Assembly (NCBI GenBank): GCA_051013385.1
Contig: CP143273.1
Location: 1 to 64,000 of the forward strand
Length of the DNA: 64,000 bases
Reading direction: 5' to 3'
Source of the DNA: Phormidium sp.
Lineage (GTDB): Bacteria; Cyanobacteriota; Cyanobacteriia; Cyanobacteriales; Aerosakkonemataceae
In this document: in pieces, positions 59,176-64,000 of the stretch
Layout of the letters: each line of letters begins with the position of its first letter
Numbering within the stretch: position 1 is the first letter of the stretch
Notes under the pieces: model-generated
Database searches by the model: none
What the model was told of the DNA's origin: nothing
What the model saw: only the letters and a program-made list of their open reading frames with translations
Made by a program: the position numbers and the translations under genes

Positions 59176-59907
59176 ATGCTCCCACAATCTGTTTCCTTAG
59201 AACCAAACACTTTAAATTCAGAAGCATTACGTCCTGAACCAGCACGCCCATTTCTGACATGGCAGCGCATTCTTGACTGGGCGAATGAACATTATCGCTG
59301 CCGGACTTTTAGCAAAGATGAAAAAATTCCCGCCCGTCCGGGACTACTTTACTTAGTGCAGCGAGGTGCAGTGAGAATGGTAGGAGTTGCTCAAGTTAGC
59401 GCAACTCATCGTAATCAAGGCGCACGCGCCATCGCCAATATGAACCAGGAAGAAGCCTTTTTAGGTTTCATTGGTGCGGGACAACCTTTTGAAATTGTAG
59501 CTCAATCGCCTTTTACCCTGCATAGTTATGCTCACATTGACCAAACGTCGGTAATTTGGATGTATTGGCATGACTTAGATAATTGGCCTCATTTTCGCCG
59601 GGAAGTGTTAGACGCATTTCGCTATCAGCACCAACGGAAACTGCTGTGGTTAAGTACTTTGGGACAGCGCCGGACGATCGATCGCCTCTTAGGATTCCTC
59701 ACACTGTTAATAGAAGAATACGGCGAACCCGCAGAACAAGGTTACAGTCTACCTTGGACATTAACTCATGCTCAAATTGGTAGCGCGATCGGTTCCACTC
59801 GCGTCACCGTTACCCGCCTGATGGGTAAACTACGGCAACGCGGATTAATCCTCACCCAAGATGATAACCTCATCTGTTTGCCTGCGGATACAGCACTACG
59901 TCGTTAA
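59176..59907 (+). CDS. Crp/Fnr family regulator, DevH-like
   Basis: RPFLTWQRILDWA.EHYRCRTFSKDE N-terminus recalled from DevH-type proteins; HTH LTHAQIGSAIGSTRVTVTRL. Confidence 0.88.
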   Translation: MLPQSVSLEPNTLNSEALRPEPARPFLTWQRILDWANEHYRCRTFSKDEKIPARPGLLYLVQRGAVRMVGVAQVSATHRNQGARAIANMNQEEAFLGFIGAGQPFEIVAQSPFTLHSYAHIDQTSVIWMYWHDLDNWPHFRREVLDAFRYQHQRKLLWLSTLGQRRTIDRLLGFLTLLIEEYGEPAEQGYSLPWTLTHAQIGSAIGSTRVTVTRLMGKLRQRGLILTQDDNLICLPADTALRR

Positions 59908-60038
59908 AAGGGCTATTGAATCGCTCTTGCGGGAAATTTTGGTGAGGGAAGGGAACGGTGAAAAGTTCTGAGTTTTAAGTTTTAAGTTTTGAGTTTTCCA
60001 GACAATTTAACTCAAAACTCATAACTCGATCCTCAAAA

Positions 60039-62468
60039 CTAACTCCTTTGCCCTCCATCCCCTTGATAATTTAATTCGTAAGTTGGAGGAGAGGTGGCAA
60101 AAACTGGCATTTGCAGAGTAAAACTGGCACCTTTTCCGAGACGGGATTCTAGGGTAATCGATCCGCCGTGAAGTTCTGCTAATTTCCGGGCGATCGCTAA
60201 ACCCAAACCAGTTCCCGAAAATTTCCGTGATAAAGAAGTGTGAATCTGAGAAAACGGAGAAAATAGTTTTACTTGGTCACTAGGATCGATCCCAATCCCA
60301 GTATCCCAAACGGTAAAATTTACCTTTTCAGTAGTGTAGTTGTTAACAGTCTCGCGAGAACGGTAAACTTTTAAACCAACACTTCCTTTTGGCGTGAATT
60401 TCACCGCATTAGTGAGCAAGTTAATTAAAATTTGTTTGAGGCGAATTGGATCTGCCACGAAGTATTCTAAATCGCTAGCTACTTCTACTTCTAAAGATAT
60501 ACCTTGAGCGATCGCTCGTTCCCGGATTAAACCAATTACATTTTCTGTTATCTCATGAATAAACACAATTTGCGGATCTAACTCCAAACGTCCAGCCTCA
60601 ATCCGAGACATATCGAGAATATCATTAATCAATTCCAGCAAATACTGACCGCTGCTATAAATGCGATCGACATATTCCTTTTGTTTAGGATTGAGTTTGC
60701 CAAAGCATTGTTCTAACAGCACACTAGAAAACCCCAAAATTGCCGTTAAAGGTGTGCGTAACTCATGACTAGTATTAGCAATAATCTCTCCTTTTACCCG
60801 GTTTAAAGTTGACAACTCTTGATTCTTTGCTTGCAAAAGTTGCAATTGGCGAGATTGACGAATTGCTAAGGTACATTGACTGGCTACCTGTTCAATTAAA
60901 ATAATTTCATCTTGACTAAAATGATGGGGTTGAGATTGCAATAAAGCAATTCCTCCTATTAAACCTTGGGTATCCCAAATTGGACTAATCAACACCATAT
61001 TTGCTCTGGTTTCGGGTTGACTATTGTTGAAGGGAATTAAACCCAAATAAGTTTTTCCCGCTAACAATGCAACACGGGAATTTTCTGGTAATTCCTTAAG
61101 TAGTAAGCGTTTCCCTACCAGTGAGACTTCGTTATTAACAATCTCAGAAGATTGCCGATCTTTAAAATACTCATGTTCTACTTCTAATACTTCTTCGGTT
61201 GCTTGGAACAGCATCGCACAACAACCATCAATTTCTAAAGCTGTTACTAAACCTTCCACAGCTGTTTGCAGGATTTGATCTTCTTTGAGTTCTTGGCGTA
61301 GTGATACCGTTAACTTCCGAATTAATTGCTCAAATTGTAGCGATCGATTTAAAGTCAGCGTCCGTTCTTTCACCCTTTCTTCTAATTCGTGAGTGTAAGC
61401 TTGCAATTGTTGTACCAAACTTGCTTGTTCAAAAGCGATCGCCATTTGATTCGCCACCGCTTGCACCAACTGTCTTTCATCTTCCGTCCATTGTCTAGGT
61501 AAGCGACATTGATGCACAATCAACAAACCCCAAAGTTTCCCTTGCTCCAACTCCAAAGAATTATCTTTTCGTTGTTGAATCGCCGCCACCATAATACTTC
61601 GCACCTCCATTTGTTCTAGCATTTGTCGATAGCATTCCGACAATTCCTCAGTGCGGACATCTATGCTATGCCAAAGTCTACCTTGACTGTAAGCTTGTAA
61701 ATAACGTTGGGGAATACAATCAGCTGGAAAACTTTTTCCTTTAATTGATTTATATGCTGGTTTTACCGCTTCTGATGTACAAATACCAGTAGCATCTGCT
61801 TGTAACTGATATGCTACTACGCGATCGGCATTCAAAGCAGTTTGTAATTTTGTCACTCCTATTTCCAAAATCTTGGGAAAATTAAAAGTGTTGCGAATTG
61901 TCGCCGCAATTTCACTTAGTAATGCTTCTCGTTCCCGTCTTTCATTAATCTCTTTTTCTGCTTCTATAACATAACTTAAATCATTAACAAACACCAACAA
62001 ATAGCTATCTTCAGTTTCTAAATTTCCCCGCAAAAACATCGTCACTTCCGCCCAGACGATCGCACCATTGCGGCAAATAAAACGCTTTTGCAATGAACAT
62101 TTTACCGCTGATTCGCCATTAAGTAATTGACGAATAAACTTCATGTCATCAGTAAAATCATCTGGATGGGAAATTGTCCGACAATCTAAACGACGTAACT
62201 GTGCTTCCGTGTAACCAATCAAATTACTCATTGCTGGATTGGCCTTGAGGATACCACCATCCAAACTCATGTAGAAAATGCCTACAGGTGATTCATAAAA
62301 TAAGACCTCCTCCTCTTGGGAGTTTTCCTGCTGAGTGGGAAAAGAACATAGAACTTTGGCAATTTTTCCCCTCTCTTGCTCTTTCCACTCTCGATGTACC
62401 ATATTTAATTCTCCATTCCTGGCTCCACTAGCAGAAGTTTTGGCTAATGGTAATAATTGTAACCACAA
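60039..62468 (-). CDS. PAS-GAF-GAF histidine kinase with a cyanobacteriochrome-like GAF
   Basis: HPDD PAS, ADRV..Y, LWGLLIVHQC..PRQW, SHELRTPL, NLLTNAVKFT, GTGLGL; start may be near 62402. Confidence 0.92.
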   Translation of the reverse strand: MWLQLLPLAKTSASGARNGELNMVHREWKEQERGKIAKVLCSFPTQQENSQEEEVLFYESPVGIFYMSLDGGILKANPAMSNLIGYTEAQLRRLDCRTISHPDDFTDDMKFIRQLLNGESAVKCSLQKRFICRNGAIVWAEVTMFLRGNLETEDSYLLVFVNDLSYVIEAEKEINERREREALLSEIAATIRNTFNFPKILEIGVTKLQTALNADRVVAYQLQADATGICTSEAVKPAYKSIKGKSFPADCIPQRYLQAYSQGRLWHSIDVRTEELSECYRQMLEQMEVRSIMVAAIQQRKDNSLELEQGKLWGLLIVHQCRLPRQWTEDERQLVQAVANQMAIAFEQASLVQQLQAYTHELEERVKERTLTLNRSLQFEQLIRKLTVSLRQELKEDQILQTAVEGLVTALEIDGCCAMLFQATEEVLEVEHEYFKDRQSSEIVNNEVSLVGKRLLLKELPENSRVALLAGKTYLGLIPFNNSQPETRANMVLISPIWDTQGLIGGIALLQSQPHHFSQDEIILIEQVASQCTLAIRQSRQLQLLQAKNQELSTLNRVKGEIIANTSHELRTPLTAILGFSSVLLEQCFGKLNPKQKEYVDRIYSSGQYLLELINDILDMSRIEAGRLELDPQIVFIHEITENVIGLIRERAIAQGISLEVEVASDLEYFVADPIRLKQILINLLTNAVKFTPKGSVGLKVYRSRETVNNYTTEKVNFTVWDTGIGIDPSDQVKLFSPFSQIHTSLSRKFSGTGLGLAIARKLAELHGGSITLESRLGKGASFTLQMPVFATSPPTYELNYQGDGGQRS

Positions 62469-62509
62469 TTTTTGCCATAAAATAGTGTCGTTAATTAAAC
62501 TTTGCGCTG

Positions 62510-62814
62510 TTAATTCTGTGCATATCCCAGCTGTTCTAAAACTGCTGCTTCCGGTTCAAACAAATTTTGAGCTTTTTGGAGTCGATTAGGGGTTAAGTTT
62601 TCCGGGGGGCGAAACACTTTTACCACACAACTACGCATAGTCGGAGTATCGCGATCGCCTGCTAAAACCGCTACCCCAAATCCTCCTTTACCCAACAATT
62701 TCCCAGATAAAAAACGATCTCTTAAAATCAGCGGCATCCCACAAGCAGTGCAATACTTTTGTGACACTCCTTTAACGGACGATGACAACCTGAACGAGTG
62801 CAGTAAAGTTCCAT
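62510..62814 (-). pseudogene. Ser/Thr protein kinase N-terminal remnant
   Basis: MELYCTRSGCHRPL then frameshift to QKYCTACGMPLIL, LGKGGFG, CVVK, FEPEAAVLEQLG then stop. Confidence 0.8.
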
Positions 62815-62855
62815 GAAAGTGGATTGTTTATTTGAGCTTTTGGCAACTGCAAAGG

Positions 62856-63881
62856 CTAGCTACCATTAGCCGGAAAAATTTTACCAGCTTGGGGAAGCAC
62901 AGCAGTTTTGTGAGAATTAGCCAGATTAGCCGTAGCTTCTACAATTTCTTTGCTCCATCCCGGCATAGCAAACGAAGGCAAAATTTCCTGGCTAAAAGCT
63001 TCTGCTGCTTTAGAACGGTAACGATGAGGATTAAAAATCACCGACAGCATTCGCTTTACTACCACTTCATCAATATTGGCACGATGGAGAATTCCCATTT
63101 GGAGTTCTTTTTCGATCGCCGAAACGGAAACAAAAGCCGCACCCAAACCCGACTGTACCGCATTTTTAATTGCTTCTATGGAATTCAGTTCCATTTCAAT
63201 TTTCAACCTGCGAGTATCAATCCCACAACGAGTGAGTACTTGATCGATTACCTTACGAATAGTTGATTGAGAATCGAGAGCAATAAAATTTAGCTTGTAC
63301 AAATCTTCTTTTTGGATAATTTCCAATTTAGCAAAGGGATGAACTACGGGAATAATTAACGCTAATTCATCCTCTACATAAGGTTGAATTTGCAAAGATT
63401 CGTTTAATTCCGAGGGAATTTCGCCGCCAATAATTGCCAAATCAACTTGTCCATTAGCCACACTCCAAGCCGTGCGTCTAGTCGAGTGAACGTGCAATTG
63501 TACCGACACATCTGGATATCTTTGCCGGAACATTCCGATCATCCGAGGTAACAGGTAGGTTCCAGTAGTTTGGCTGGCTCCCACAATCAGGGTACCACCC
63601 TGGAGATTCTGCAAATCTTCGATCGCACGACAAGTTTCTTCACAAAGCGAGAGAATTTTTTCGCCGTAGCTCAACAGGAGATATCCTGCCTCTGTTAATT
63701 GTGCCCTGCGCCCACCGCGATCGAACAACGGCACATCCAATTGCCTTTCCAAGTTCTGCACCTGTAAACTAACAGCGGGTTGGGAGACATACAGACTATC
63801 TGCGGCGCGCTTGAAACTTCCCTCTGCGGCGATCGCTTTGAGAATACGCAACTGATCTAAAGTAAAAGGAAGGTCGGTCAT
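62856..63881 (-). CDS. rbcR: LysR regulator RbcR/Ycf30
   Basis: [63 protein letters not shown]. Confidence 0.9.
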   Translation of the reverse strand: MTDLPFTLDQLRILKAIAAEGSFKRAADSLYVSQPAVSLQVQNLERQLDVPLFDRGGRRAQLTEAGYLLLSYGEKILSLCEETCRAIEDLQNLQGGTLIVGASQTTGTYLLPRMIGMFRQRYPDVSVQLHVHSTRRTAWSVANGQVDLAIIGGEIPSELNESLQIQPYVEDELALIIPVVHPFAKLEIIQKEDLYKLNFIALDSQSTIRKVIDQVLTRCGIDTRRLKIEMELNSIEAIKNAVQSGLGAAFVSVSAIEKELQMGILHRANIDEVVVKRMLSVIFNPHRYRSKAAEAFSQEILPSFAMPGWSKEIVEATANLANSHKTAVLPQAGKIFPANGS

Positions 63882-64000
63882 ACGGCTAAACCTGAATGTG
63901 AAAAGGAGCCAGAAGACGACAAACCCGGTTAAATTGGGTTTGACTCAAACGCTGAATTACTAATACAGTTTAGAGATCTTAGGTACATATAGGAAGTAAT

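Overview
Start of a cyanobacterial chromosome, probably a filamentous Oscillatoriales-type genome (dnaA at base 1, abundant HIP1 GCGATCGC octamers, psb28, ycf30/rbcR, Uma2, KGK and DUF29 genes). Core genes (dnaA, oriC, dnaN, pyrR, fni, sppA, ilvA, psb28, recJ, rbcR) alternate with accessory patches of toxin-antitoxin pairs, Uma2 nucleases, pseudogenes and many short palindromic or MITE-like repeats. The most unusual item is a six-gene minus-strand operon at 51.5-54.7 kb facing a divergent HTH gene. It encodes three small proteins sharing an unrecognised domain, two further unknown proteins and an Afp15/Pvc15-like AAA+ ATPase. The ATPase N-terminal peptide is nearly identical to that of one neighbour, and its C-terminal motif recurs in another. 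Also notable: a dynamin-KGK-KGK-HNH cluster, HIP1-rich direct repeats bracketing a HicAB cassette, MITEs with shared ends but different palindromic interiors, a Yfr2-like sRNA, and 5.3 kb of accessory DNA between dnaA and dnaN. No CRISPR array, rRNA, tRNA or transposase was seen. All calls come from reading the sequence; no database searches were run.
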